From assembly GCF_009914755.1 (NCBI RefSeq), contig NC_060942.1: DNA of 64,000 bases. The stretch is one strand, 5' to 3'. Positions 26,472-42,665 of the stretch are shown here, one piece after another. The notes beneath the pieces were generated by a model. The model worked only from the letters and a program-made list of their open reading frames with translations, ran no database searches and was not told the DNA's origin. Position numbers and translations under genes: made by a program. Source of the DNA: the human T2T-CHM13v2.0 reference genome, Homo sapiens. Each line of letters starts with the position of its first letter. Position 1 is the stretch's first letter.

Positions 26472-27229
26472 AAAGAAATCAATTATGAAGAAATAACTGT
26501 TCTGTGGCAGGCAGAACGCTATATGGAGTAATACAAAATAAAAAAAAATGTTTTCAACCGTAAAGTATAATCTATTGTACCTGAAATAATATAAGATTCC
26601 AGGATAAATGAAACACTTCAAAAAATCAATTGAACTTGACAAATTTTGAAGATATTCCAAGAACTGATATTTTTCAAGTTGACAATCTTTTTTATAAAGT
26701 AGAAAAATTAGCAAAATTTTAGCCAAATATAGATCTCCTGTAAGTGTCCTGAAAAATAAGTGAATAATGAATTATTTGTAGGAGAGCAATCATGGTAATT
26801 TTCTTCATGAGCTAAAAATTGTAATCACTGTTGATGTGATACAAGGAGCTATGACTCAGAATTCTTACATTAATTTTCTTTATTTGATTGAGAAATAGGT
26901 AAGAGAAAAAGGTAGCAGCTACCAGGACAAAAGCTGATGAGGGCTATCGGGAGTTGCACAGCACTGCAGAGACAAAAATTACAATTCTTGGCTCCCAGGG
27001 CAGACAACCTTGAGAGTGAAGATGCCAAAGTTGGCAAGTACAGCCATGGAAGCCCAATATTTGGTGCCACATTTCCCTCAGTGTATCTGCAAATTTCTTG
27101 GAGCCTAGAGGCTGAGAAGCCTAACAGAAAGCAGCAGCTGAGTCTAAGAAGCTAATTAGAGTTTTCACTGGGCTCAAAATGCATGGGAGGAAAAAAAAGG
27201 ATGTTCAGTGCCTAGACATGAGTAAATTA

Positions 27230-29260
<2,031 letters not shown>

Positions 29261-31589
29261 ACTGTTACTTAACATTTAAATATTTTACAATAACAAATAT
29301 CAAAAAATAGTTTAAAGTAGAATTCATGCTATAATATTACACCGGAATAGTATTTGTGCCATACTAGTACTTCTGGAGTACCAAAATCAAGTATCAAAAT
29401 AATATCAAATGCAAAGGACATTTTATTGCAACTTCTGAGGGATGACATTAGTTGAATTTTAAGAATGATGTGTTAGGTTCAACTTATAAATCACTGTTAG
29501 ACACATAATCCTTAATCCACCTCTATGTAGCAATCTAGAAAATAACATCAGATATAAAGCCAATAGGTAGAATTATTGTCAAAGTCTCTTTGTTTATGGG
29601 GTGATTGAAAATTTCTTGGGAAACCTGTCCAAGGGTATTTTATTGTTTTTTAAAAAATTATCTCATTATGTCTCCATGCACTAATAAAAGAGCAAGTGTG
29701 TTTCCTTCAGGTCCACAGTGAATGAACATGAAGCGTGGAAGGACTGAGGTAGATTCTGTGGTAGAATAAGTGGTGAACTGCACAAACTGAAACCAAGAAG
29801 CAAAATGTTTCATCAAGATCCTGGCCAGAAATAAGGGCTGCATAATTCTTAAGAGCACCAAGCACTCAAATAACGATTCATCCTTGAGGCAGGTAGAAGA
29901 ATAAATTCCATTTGTGTGTATACACCCAGAAAAGTGCCCCGTGAGAACCACGTGAAGTAGGTTTCACGGCAATACAACTTCTGTTAGCAGGGCCCTCGGA
30001 GTTAGTCAATAATTTATCATTACATGAACTGAGCTTGGGAAAATCAAATTAAGCCTGAGCAAATAAGGAACATAGTTTTATCTGACTCTTGTCACTCATT
30101 AATCCGGAATTGATTTTTGGGTCAGACACCAAATTTTAAGTGGTTGTATGTGTCATTACTCAGATATGTTGTTTTCATTTTGGTATTGCAATGAATCATA
30201 GAGACATGAACCTTGGCTTAGAATATTTGCATTTGTTAAGATGAAAGTCAAACCATTCAACTTTACAGAGAAAAGGAAAGTTAAGGGCAAAAACAAGAGT
30301 ATTGGGAGTTTGTTTCTTGCATGAGACACTGCTTGAGTATTGCACTGGAGGATATGCAAATGTTCCTTAATCACGTGCCTCAAACAGCAAGTCTGAACTT
30401 CTTCATTAACGTCAGAGGACAGAAAAGTTACCCTTATCTTAGCCTGCTATCTTGATATAAGAAATTCACACACAGAATTTTCCAAATTTGATAGATTTTT
30501 TAATTATGAGGCATTTGAATTCTTATTTTAAATTTACATATGCCAATGAAATTACCTATGATTATAAGCATGATTTCAAACTAACTCTAACAGGAATAAA
30601 ACCCCACATTACATTTTAATAAGGTAGTATCAATCTTGAGTTATTAAGAAATGTATATGCTGCACACTGCTCAGAAATATGTTAGCATGGTATTGTTGGC
30701 CACCCACGGATTATCACACAGATAAGGGCATGCTAGGGACCTTCAGAAGCAAATGTTCATTTCATGTTATGCTCACAGAGTTTTGAGACTGTAAAATGTA
30801 TGGCACAATTTGAAGTATTTGGCCACTGTCAGTGACACGAATAGGTTATATAAACTGCATTTACTTCCAGTGGAAAAAGTAAACTACCACGCTGATGATG
30901 ATAGCTGAGCAGACCTTAGAACACTACCCTAGAAGTAAATTTATGATCCTGTGGCATGCTAGTGGATCCCCTGAACACACTAAACCTTTGATTGAAGATT
31001 TGTAAGAAAAAAAACTAATTTCCAGAACTATATATATATATTTACACTGGAAAGAAAATGAAGTGGAAAATAAAGTAAGCAATAGCTTCAAATTTATTTA
31101 AGTTTATTTGAAACCTTTTTTCAAAAGCCAATCAATGCTCAGAACAGAGAATTAGAATTCAGACAAAACCATTTTCAGTATTAGTTTGTAAAATCTAAAA
31201 TGTGATTAGGACAAGACATTAGCACTGGGAAATAATTTCTACTAGTAATAGTGAATAAAACTTACTGTGCAATATTAGTAAAAATGAAAATAGTGGAGAT
31301 CTTTCTACATATTTACAAATGTCTATGAACAATGGGGAATCCAATTTCTCCATCATTGCATTGGAAGCAATGTACTTTAATGGTAAGAATAAGCACCCCA
31401 GAGTCAGAGAAAGACCTGGATTAAAATTTTGACTCAGTTGTATACTCACTTTGGAAAAGTATTCAGTCTTCTGAACCTTGTGATTAACTCATGTAAAACT
31501 TAGTGTTAAAAATAAAAAAAGTAATTCGATTGTTCAATATTAAAGATAGTGTCGTATATAATTTGCATCAATAATTTTGCATTATAGGG

Positions 31590-31965
31590 TGTTAAATTAA
31601 CTTTCTCCTAAAACTGCCACCTTATATATTTTAAGTCCAGCCTAAAGGTTTCTCTGTACACAGTGAACCGTAACCTAAATGGAGATGTAAGCAGACGGTA
31701 ACTGAGGTTGTGCCAATCACTGAGCTTTGGCCAATCAAAAGGGACCATCTGTTCAAACTGTGTTCCAACAAGGGAAAAGCTGAGCTGTCACCAGTTATTC
31801 TATATGACTTTTTGCTTTTCCTGTCCATGAATCCTCTTCCACCACATGGCTGTACTGGAGTCTCTCTGAGCATACTCTGGCTCCAGAGGCTGCTGGATTG
31901 GTGAAGTGTTCTTTGCTCAATTAATCTCTGTTAAATTTAATTTGGCTAAGGATTTTCTTTTAACA
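31590..31965 (+). mobile_element. MER57-type ERV1 solo LTR
   Basis: TGTTAAATTAA…TTTTAACA termini, cctaaaggtttctctgtac core, two CCAAT boxes, 4-bp flanks AGGG/AGGT. Confidence 0.8.
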
Positions 31966-32229
31966 AGGTCAATATAAAATCCCCAAGCTGGGACCACGCA
32001 CTTTTACACGGTTCAGTCTTAACAGGAGGGAAGCCCACAGACAGAAGGACCCGGAACTCAATCTAGGGCTTGGGCTTTGCCTCTCAATGAAACAAATCCA
32101 TAGGTTTTTGAATGAAGATTTTATATTAATCAGATTATATTAAAAACAGATTTCTGTAACTTTTTCATTCAGAGTATACTAGAGGGAGCGAGGAGGGAAA
32201 GGGCAGAACCATGGAGATTCTTTAAAAGC

Positions 32230-33420
32230 TATTTCCCAAAAATCTTTAGCTCACAGGACAGTGGTAATAGGAAAAGGGAGGTGAGGACATATTTAAATAT
32301 ATTTTGAAAGACATCAGGGTTTCCTGATGGATTGGATGTGGACTGTTTGAAAAAGAGAGAAATCAAGAACAACTCTAATTATCTGACACTGTAATTAAAA
32401 GGATATAATTTTCATCAATTTAATCAGGAAAGGCTGCAGGTGAAGCATTTTTTTTTTTTTTTTTTGAGATGGAATCTCACTCTGTTGCCTAGGCCGGAGT
32501 GCAGTGGAGAGATCTCAGCTCACTGCAACCACTGCCGCCCAGGTTTAAGAGATTCTCCTGCCTGAGCCTCCCGAGTAGCTGAGATTACAGGGGCCTGCCA
32601 CCACGCCCGGCTAATTTTTGTAGTTTTAGTAGAGACGAGGTTTCACCATCTTGGCCAAGCTGGTCTTGACCTCCTGACCTCATGATCCACCTGCCTCGGC
32701 CGCCCAAAGTGCTGGGATTACGTGCCTGAGCCACCATGCCCGGCCGGTGAAGCAGATTTATGAGGAAAGACCAGAAACTCAATTCTGGAGATGTAAAGAA
32801 TGAAATGTCTATCTATGAGAATGAAGTTAGGAATGTCAGGTGTACAGGTAAGCTTTTCAGACGTTCGTGAGAGGGGCGAGTTGATGAGATGTACTTGGCA
32901 ATCATCAGCATGGACATGACATTTAAAGCCATTGCTAGGCTCCCCAAGGTCAGCATCCATAGGAGAGCTCAGCAACAAAGGCAAAAGTGATCAGTGAGGT
33001 ACGAGGAAAACCAAAGCAGCACAGTATAAAGGAAACCGAGAGATGAAAGTATATTGAGGAAGAAACGACATTCTACTGGGTCAAATACTGCTGTTCATTG
33101 GCGTAAGACCTAAGAATTGTAGAGTGAACTGGGAAATGTCCCATATGAGAGTTTTCGGTAAAACTGACAAGCATGGCTTCAGTGAAGTGGTGGAAAATCC
33201 TCCTGACCGTAGTGGGTTTGAGAGACAATGGGGAATAGAAAATAGGAGAAAGCAAATACAGACACCTACCTGTTTTAAAGCACTTTTTTGTTTTTACAGA
33301 AGCAGATAAGTGCTGTTGTTTCATTATGTGGGGGAGCCGGCAGATTGTTTATAAGCTAAAAGGAGTAAACTCATAAGGAAGAGAAAATTATTGATGTAGG
33401 TAACAAATAGATACGTGAAT
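32230..33420 (-). mobile_element. L2 fragment interrupted by an AluS
   Basis: …tttcctgatgggattggatgtgg…, …catcagcatggacatgacatttaaagccat… L2-like segments. Confidence 0.65.
32448..32745 (-). mobile_element. AluS, antisense
   Basis: Poly-T then Alu reverse complement ending CCCGGCC; TSD GGTGAAGCA at 32439-32447 and 32746-32754. Confidence 0.93.
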
Positions 33421-35078
33421 ACTTTTTTCTAATTGTTTATTATGGAAATTTTGAAACAAAGAAAGTAGAGAGAATATTATAGTGAACTCCCACAAATCTA
33501 GAAACAAGCTTTAATCATTGTGAACATGCTTTCAATCTTTTCTAATCACCCCACTTGTTTTTATTGTATTTACTTATTTATATATTTTAATTAATTTTTG
33601 CTGCAGGATTTTAAAGCAAATTCCAGATATCATACCACCTCTCCACTGAAACCAGTATGTTGTCCTAAATGAAAATCATATTAAAATTTTACATAACAAT
33701 ATGGAATTAACCTAACAATTTTGACCTTAATCACTTAGTATTATTTGAATAGTATTTAATATCTGCTTCATATCTGAAAGTTTCCAATTGAATCAAACAA
33801 AATATTCTTCTTATACCATATTTGTTTAATTCAGCATTTAAATAAGCACAAGTATTAATTTTGGTTGTTATGTCTTCTACATCTATTTTACTCTCCATTC
33901 TTTTTCTTCTTTAATCATCAAAACCAGCCCTAAAGAATGTCCAACTTTCCGCATTTAGTTTATTGCTTCTTCCTTATATGAGTTAACTTGTTCCTCTATT
34001 TCTTCCAGATGTTGCAAAAGTAGTTAGACCTAGAAAATTAATTAGCTAACAGTTCAATTACGTCTGTACATGATAAATTTTAGAGGCCATGCCTCACACT
34101 CTCCATTTCATCACATTTTGAGGCACTTATGCATCTGTGGTCTCTTTTGGTGATGCTGATATCACTGGGTAACGTGCAGTCTGAACTTTTCTCATAACAT
34201 TCCCCATCAACTCTTCACCTAATGCTTACATCATCCACTGATCCATCGAATGTTGTCTAAATTCATTATTACATTACAGATCGCAATACAGTATTTTTCT
34301 AATTTTATCATCCCTTATGGAGTCTTTTCCAAAAATTAGAAAGTTAACCTAAAAGAAAACTCAGAGATGTATGGCAGGATGAATGCAAATCTTGCCAATT
34401 TTCCAAATCGTATATGGGCACCTTAGCAAACTCTGATTGAAAACAAGGAGGTGTTTCTTTTAAAAAAAAAAAAAATCTTTATCAACTCATGAATTTTAGA
34501 TATATGTAATCCTTTCAACCTTTTTTGTTCGTGCTTAAATTCTCTCCCTTTAGTCAGAGTGAATATCTTCAAGTTTTCTGCTATACATTTTTAAAAAATT
34601 AATATACAATTCTTTGTTTAGGTTTGCGGCAAATTTGAGCAGAAAGTACAGAGTTCCCATAACCCTCTGTCCCCACCCATGTGCAGCCTCCGCTGCTATC
34701 AACATTCCACACAGCAGTGGTGCATTTGTTATAATCAATAAACCTACATGGACACATCATTATCACCCAAAATACATAGTTTACATGAGGCTTCACTCTT
34801 GGTGTTTTACATTCTGTGGGTTTGGACGAATGTGTAATGACGTAGATCACATTATAGTATACAGAGTGGTTTCACTGTCCTAAAAATCCACTGTGCTCTG
34901 CCTGTCCATCTTTCTCCCCTCTAACCCCTGTCCACCACAAATCTTTTCACTGTCTGCATAGTTTTGGCTTTTCTAGAATGTCACATAGTTGGAATCATGC
35001 AGTGTGTAGACTTTTCAGATAGGCTTCTTTCACGCGGTAATATACATTTAAGTTTCCTCTATGTATTTTCACAGCATG

Positions 35079-35129
35079 TGTATTAGGGAGGGATTTCTAC
35101 AGACAGAATTCCTAGATTCCTATCTCTAG

Positions 35130-35184
<55 letters not shown>

Positions 35185-35727
35185 AGGTTGACAGACGGAT
35201 GGATAAATGAATAGATAGAAAACAGGGGATTTATTTGGGGAATTGGCTCATGTGAGTATGGAGGCTGAGAAGTGGCATGATAGGCCACCTGCAAGTGGGA
35301 CAACCAGGAATGTCAACAGTGTGGCTCAGTCCAAGTCTAAAAGCCTCCGAACCAGGGAGGATGAGAGTGTGACTCTCAGTCTGAGGCAGAAGGCCTGAGA
35401 ACGTGGGGGCTGCTGGTGCAAGTCTTGGAGTCCAAAGGCCAGGGAAGGCTGGAGTTCTGGGGTCCAGGGCCAGGAAAAGAAGGGTGCTCCGGCTCCAAAA
35501 ATGAAAGAGTGAAATTGCCTTCCCTCTATCATTTTATCCTATCTGAGTCCCCAGTAAAGTGGACGGTGCCCACCCACATTGAGGGAGGCTCTTCCCCACT
35601 CTGTTCAAGGACTCACATGCCAATTTTCTCCAGAAACATCCTCACAGACACACCCAGAAATAGTGCTTTACCAGCTGTCTAGATTAACTTTATCCAGTCA
35701 AGTTGACACTGAAAATTAACCATCACA
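35079..35727 (-). mobile_element. MLT2 (ERVL) solo LTR containing a (GATA)n microsatellite
   Basis: TGTATTAG…CAAGTTGACACTGAAAATTAACCATCACA; 5-bp TSD GCATG / GCGTG. Confidence 0.88.
35131..35184. repeat. (GATA)n tetranucleotide STR, about 13 units
   Basis: Perfect GATA run. Confidence 0.97.
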
Positions 35728-37029
35728 GCGTGATAGCTCATTTGTTTCTAGTGCTGAATGATATTCCATTGTCTGGATAGACCCCAGTTTGTTTATCTAT
35801 TTACATACTGATGGATATTTTGGTTGCTTCCAAGTTTGGGCCACTGAAAAAAATGCAGCTATCAATAGCTGTGTACCCATTTTTATGTGTACATAAATTT
35901 CCAATTTCTTTGGGTAATTTGCTATTTTTTTTTACATACCACAGTAGCTTTTGATGGCTTCCATGTAGCCCTTGTACATTTCCTTTCTCAAATCCACAGT
36001 AAGAATCTCTTTAATAATCTGTGCAACATGAAATGAGCAGGAAACACAAACTGTGATGTCATCTCATGCCACAGTTAGACTGTCTCTCAAAATCGGCCAT
36101 CAGGCCTTCTGCTATATTCTATTCTTTCTCTTGAGCATATTATTTCTTTTCTCAAATGTATAAATTTGAATGTTCAAATTTTGGAAAAAGCAATTCAAAC
36201 ACACAAAAAACGACATTTCTAGTTGCCTTATGAATATTCCTAGCTTATTTTGGTCAAAATAAGATCAACATCCTACTTTTCAATTCTCTCATGTGTCTTA
36301 TTTTAATTAACTCCAAACTGTCTATCATGTAGATTCAAATCATTATGATTCTTCCCCAATTTATCCACCTTTATTGATGTCTGTTACTTATAGACTAAGT
36401 GCAACTGCTTAGCCCAAACCTTAAGTATTTGTCTGCAACCTTAATTTATACTCCTTCTTTTGTAGCATAAAAGCATAAATAAACTCTGTGATTCCTGGAA
36501 AGATACATTCAAGCACTGAACACTTTGTGCCTTAAATGTAAATAACATGATCAGGAAATATGACCAGACATTAAAAAACCATTTGAAAATTGTCAATGTT
36601 CCCTTCCCACAATAAAGTGATTTTTTAATGTCATTTTATTTTTAGAGTAACTTTCAATCTGGAAGAACAATATATACAATATTAATACATAAATGTTAAT
36701 CATTTTATACATTAAAATGAGTTATATATGAAGGTTTGCTTGGGCAATGTGGGTGTTTTCTTGGACTATTTAGCTAAGAGTAGTAAAGGTATTTTTACTA
36801 AAAAGTGTGAACTTATTACTTGAGTTCCGCACTTCATTTTATATGTAATAGACTCAGTTTAAGGTTATACAATTCAGTGGGTCAAATTTTACTTACTCAT
36901 ATAAGATTTTGCATTCATAATACTTAGAGTCTTGTCTTTTCTGCAATGACAAAAAATATGTGGGTAACCTGTTAATACCAGTTCTTTGGTTGCATGTCAG
37001 GATCATCTTGTATAGCTTTTAGAAATGCA

Positions 37030-37176
37030 GGCTGGGGGCGGTGGCTCACGCCTGTAATGCCCGCACAGAGTGGGACTCTGTCAAAACAAAAAAAAGAAAA
37101 AAAGAAAAAGAAAGAAGAAGAAAGAAAAAGAAAGAAAGAAGGAAGGAAGGAAGGAAAGAAGGAAGGAGAGAGAGGA

Positions 37177-37247
<71 letters not shown>

Positions 37248-37268
37248 GAAAGAAAGAAAGAAAAGAAA
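37030..37268 (+). mobile_element. Alu with almost its whole body deleted plus expanded (GAAA)n/(GGAA)n tail
   Basis: First ~33 nt of Alu fused to the last ~20 nt, then ~185-nt purine tract; TSD AGAAATGCA at 37021-37029 and 37269-37277. Confidence 0.85.
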
Positions 37269-38545
37269 AGAAATGCATAGCTGGCATAGCTGGGCCTTAC
37301 CCTACAGCTACTGGATTTGATTCCCCATGGGTGGTGACAATCTGTTTTTAAAAAAATTATAAGTACTCTAGTTTTCACAGAACACTTGAAATTAAGATTT
37401 TTGAGGCAACAATTTGATATATTAAGTAGAGAAGTAATATTTTGAACATAACACAGTATTATTTCTAATTTATGGTCAAAACCTGAGGCACAATAATCAC
37501 AAAAGTAACCAAAACTGTTTATCACAGTGTGGCTGGAAATAAGGAAAAATGTGGACATTACCTCAGTGTCAAACTAAAAGTGATTAGTTAAATGCATACG
37601 GTTCAGTCAGCTACTCAAATGCAATACAGCCATTATATGACAATTTAGATCTAAATGCACTGACACATAAAATATCTACTGTATACATTCTGTGTGAAAA
37701 AGAAAATGCTAAGTAAAAATGTGTACGATAGAATATACATATATGTATATTTTTCTTTTTTCTTGTTTCAATGTAAAAAATATATATATTTTACATATAT
37801 ATTTTCTTGTAAATATGTACAAAATTTAAGTCTAAGGAATATACACCATATCGGTAATGTGTATTTTTGTCTGAGTGATAGGATTATGTGATTATTCTTC
37901 ACACTTTACTTATTTCTGGATCTCTTTTGTAGTAACTGATTTTGTTGTTGTTGTTACTTACATAATGTTTTCATTTAAAAATCCACAGCCTATTAGCAAA
38001 ATAATAATGAAATAATTGACATCAATGAAATATGAAGAAAGGTAAGAGAAAAGTTTCTGGGGAAACTAGAGACTCTGTTGTCAGAGAGCACAAAGCTGAT
38101 AAAATGTCTAGTACTTCCAAGTTGCCACTGTTAGAAGGCTGAGGTTACCCTGAGAGAATCACGGTACTTGGAGCACTGCTTTAGTAGTCAATAGTACCTC
38201 GTTTACCTGCTTCCTGATGCAAAGACCACATCTTGCCATCAGTTCATACACAGTCACTTCTGGCTTTTCCATGATCCTGAACACCAGCAAGCCCAGAGGA
38301 TGCACTGGAAGTAAATACCAACTAAGATGAGTGATCCAGAGTGTAGAGGAAAGGGGAGGAAAACCACCACTAAGCAAACTCCCCCTAGGGAAACTAGTAG
38401 AAGTAATCAAATCACAGAGGTAGTTAGACTGTATTAATGTTTACCATATGCATAATTATGACCACCTCAATGAACATAAACATTCATATAGGTCAATTTT
38501 AAATGTCTAATTTCATAGTTAGTGACGTTGTTTCATTTTTCTCAG

Positions 38546-39345
38546 ATCGGTGACCTGGGCTCCTTATGTGCCTGAAAGAGTTTGAGTTTCCTGTTAACTC
38601 CAAATCAACAGTATTTTCAACAAGAAATGTGCAATTGAAATCAAGTGCTGTTTAAGTGCAGCTAGGATTTCCACAGGAAGACACTTGCAGTGAACAGAGT
38701 TATGGAGCAGCAAAAACACAGATCTATTTGGAAAAAGAGAAAACATATGCGTTGTATTTTGCTTCAATTATAAAATACCATCCTCTCAAAGGTGGTTCTA
38801 AATTACAAAGGACTTTGATTTCTAGGTAGATTCTGGGTAGAGACTTCCTTTCATATTGAGGCATTAATGACACCTTTTAACCTGGGAAGCAATATGACTG
38901 GAGTTGTACTTTGAGAAGATTAATCAGGTTTGGTTGCAGAATGAAAGAGAAGATGAAGTCAAGAGATTGGTTTAGAGGCTCTAGCAGAAGCTTAGTCATA
39001 TTTCAAAATGATCAAATATCAAGAAAAATTCTGAGCTGCATAACTTGTATAAAGTAATTTTCAGTGATTTTTTTCATGGTTATGATAAAAGAACTGGATT
39101 AGCAGAAACTTTTACCCTGAATCAAGATTTAATTTTTCTTTGAGCTCATCTTAAGGATATCGGAACATAGGGAGCAAACGATGGTGTGGCTGCCTCAGTG
39201 CTTGATTTTTAACGGTTTTGAAGAGAATAGTTACATTTCTTCTCCTAGTAAGAACTAATAAATACATTAACAGAAATGAATTCCCTATCCCTTTGTACAC
39301 TGGTCTATTTCTTCAAAACATTAAATACTATTGATAAGATATCAC
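38546..39345 (+). ncRNA. Candidate terminal exon of the HERV-H-initiated lncRNA
   Basis: Acceptor ttgtttcatttttctcag| at 38545, ~800 nt of non-repeat sequence without a long ORF, AATAAA 39257-39262 and ATTAAA 39320-39325, T/GT-rich sequence downstream. 3' end approximate. Confidence 0.55.
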
Positions 39346-41249
39346 CTTTTATAATTTGTGTTCATTACAGTTCTCTTGTCATGAAATGCAAATGAAATGT
39401 AGTATATACTAACAGCTTTTACAGAAAGACTAATCCTAAGAGAATCATATTTTTAAATTTGAATTTATAATAATTATGTTGTACATTATGGTTTCGATAT
39501 ATGTATATGTTGTGGGATGAGACACGCTCTTATTTTTTAATTTCATTTATTCATTTTTCAGTTTACATTATTGTCCCCTTTGAAGTAAAATTTAATAGGA
39601 TGTTCTCAAATTTTATTGAGGGTTGACAGACGGCCAAGGAAAATGTTTATTTTTATTTTTTCATCAAAATACAACTTGCATTTTGATTAACCTTTATATT
39701 CTAAAAAGAACTCTTTCAGAATGCAGTCAGAAAGGGCAAATAAGTCTCTTTCATAGAAATGATAAAATTTCCTTCAACAGACAAAGAGATCGATGGGAAA
39801 GTCATGTTTTTGCATTTGTCACAGCTGCTGATAAACTAAGAACAAATCAAGTGAGACAAGGGAGGAGCCATTTTACATATAATTCCTGATAAGATTATCT
39901 ATTTCAGCCTCCCTCTCTTCCCTTCCTTTATGGAATTTTGCATTCTCTTACTGCCTTTAATGTTACCGTCCTGTTGCATATGTATTTTTACCATGCAATA
40001 ACTCATATTTATTTTAAAGAACTCTAGACTTGAAGTCAGTGGATCACAAGGAATGAGGGGGTTTGGATATGAGACCTAAATATAATGTAAAGCTTATTAT
40101 GATCTTACGGTGGGTAGAGAGATGGAGCTTAAAAGGATCATAGGAAAGAAGTATTTGAACTACATTGCTGAAAGTAGCAAAAATATAAATCATTTATATA
40201 TGGAAATTTGAGTAATACATTAAATACATGGTAAATTATTTGGGAAGGTTACGTAGCTCACATTTTATTATACCTTCTCTATCCTATGCAGTTTAATACA
40301 CACGATGGGCCCTCCAAGTTAAATAACCCAATGAAACGGGAACATGCTCTTTTGTATTGAAGTTAAATTTAGTGAAGGCCACCCACTTTCAATAACATTG
40401 AAGCACATATATTCTGTTGTTGCTGTCCATTAATATTTATTTTTCCCCGTACAATGAAGTATGAAGCTATCGAGATAGGTTTCATAAATGACCTATGAAC
40501 TGTTATTTCAAAGCACACAAACTATGTAAATTGGGAGTAGTAATTATATCCTTTACAAATAAATTCCTGTGTCCTTCATTATCAATTTAATGGAGTATTC
40601 TTTAGAGCTCAAAAGGAAAATAAATAATCATGGTGTTTAATATTGGAAATTCTAAACTTTATCTGAATAAAAGAGTGAAACCACAAATGCTAATATTTTT
40701 ATCTTATTAAAAGCTAATTAAGAAATCCCTACTGGAAACTTTACATCTAAATGCCTGGTTCTTTGGAGAGACATCTGAGTCAGGCTGAATTAAGAAATGA
40801 AGCATAATATTTATAGCCCTAAGAGCTATGCAATGGCTCTTAAATTTGTGATTAACAGAAAATATAACAATTCTCTAAGGGGAAGAAATCATTCAAAACC
40901 AATTTTCAATTCCCTAAACATGTTATTTTTTAAAGACCCAGTGAGCCATGTTGAATATTCAAATTAATTAATAATTATCATAAAGTGTACTGCTACGATG
41001 CGTTCTGAGATAATTCAAAGAGGAGTTTTACCTTGCAGCTGGAATAAAATTTCCATTCATTTACCTCCTAGATGTGTAAACAACATTATTAAGTCAATTT
41101 ATCAAATGAATAAATACTATCATGTGTGACAGCATGGTTAATGGAGAAATTAAATATAAAGGGTAAAATTGTGCTTTAAACATGGAAACTGCATTCCCTT
41201 TGGACTGGTATAATTGTAGCCTGGTGGTCAAGAAATACAAATCTAGAAA

Positions 41250-42665
41250 GAGGATGACAGAGGCTTTAACTCTATTGCCCCCAGATTTTGACTTTTGGTT
41301 GTCTCAATTTATATAATTTTCTGTTGCCTATCACTTAACACGTTGCTGTAGCTATTATTGTTTTTGATAGTTTTGCCTTTTAGGCTTCACACTAGTTATA
41401 AGTGGATTGCACTTCACAATTACAGTGTTGAGGTATTCTGGGGTTGTCTTCATTTTACCTATGAGTTTTATACCTTTGAATGTTTTCTTGTTTCACGTTA
41501 GTGTCTTTTTCTCTCAGAGTGAAGCATTTTCTTTTGTATTTCTTATATGACTAGTCAGGTGGTGGTGAATTATTATAACTTTTGTTTGGAAAACTTTTAA
41601 CTATGTTTTCAGTTTAGAAATATATTTCTCAGTTTGAGGATTTCCATTTGACATTTAATTATTTCAATCTCTTCATTAAATATCTCTGATAAATTTCTGA
41701 ATCACTTTTTTTTGTATTATCTTGGAGATCACTGAGTTTCTTGAAAATTACTCTTTTGAATTATTGATCAGAGAGCTCATGTGTCACTGTCTCACTATGG
41801 TGGTCACTGGTTCCTTGCCCTGTCCATTTGGGGAGGTCCTGGTTCCCTGTTTGCTGTTGTTTCTTATGGATACATGCCTGGGTCTTTTCATCGTAGGAGT
41901 ATTCACTCTAGTCTGTGGATTGTTTGGGGGTTTTATTGGCTGTGTTTGCTTAGAGAATCTTCATAATTTACCTATTGAAATTCTTACATTTTTTCACCAG
42001 TGCCTTTGTTTCAGCACTAGATGATGCTTAAAGCCCAAGTTTGCCTCAGCTCCAGCAAGTGATCAGAGAGCACTGCTGGGCCAGAATGGGGGAGGTCCCC
42101 AAGGGGATATCCCATTTCACTGGAAGGCCTTGCAAGGGATTCGTGCCCAGAGGACCATGGAACACACCTCCTGCAGAGTGTTGCTGCTGAACAACCACAC
42201 TAATTTGGTATCTCCTTTGGCTGAGTGACAGAGCAGAGTTTCCAGAACTGTGGATGATGGTTGCACCTCCCTCTTTGTCTCTAGATCTGTCTGCTGTCAG
42301 GCACTCAGAATATTTCCATGGGTGGAGACATTGTCAGGTCTCCCTGCCAAAGAATCCAGAATGCTGAGGATGCTGCTTGTCATCATATCTCACTTTTTGC
42401 AGCGTGGAAACCATGAGTTGCAGGAAGTTTTCTGCGTGCTTGGTGCCAGGCAGACTGGGGTGAGAGGTGTCATGGGTATAAAAACAGGGTTCTCTGACTG
42501 TTTGCCTGCTGATTTTATTTCTCCATGACCTTGGGAATTAACTTATATTTGAGTTATGGGTTATTATTGGTGAGGATCTCAGTGCCGTACTTTTGGCTTT
42601 GGTTTTCTGGAGTAGGGGACAGTGAAGCCAGTTTGTGTCCATGTCACCACTTCAGAACTGGAAGT
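41250..42665 (-). mobile_element. L1M fragment (5' UTR/ORF1-side pieces)
   Basis: …atctcttcattaaatatctctgataaatttctgaat…, …cttttgaattattgatcagagagctcatg… antisense L1 ORF1-like. Confidence 0.65.

Larger units (their letters stand above)
34590..35920 (-). mobile_element. L1MB/MC 3' fragment split by an MLT2 LTR
   Basis: ggtttgcggcaaatttgagcagaaagtacagagttccc… and …tgaatgatattccattgtctggatagacc… on the two sides of the LTR. Confidence 0.75.

Noticed and set aside
36994-37558. Lys/Glu/Arg-rich and Phe/Leu/Ser-rich ORFs of up to 170 aa
   Set aside because: Translations of the (GAAA)n tract, which has no stop codons.
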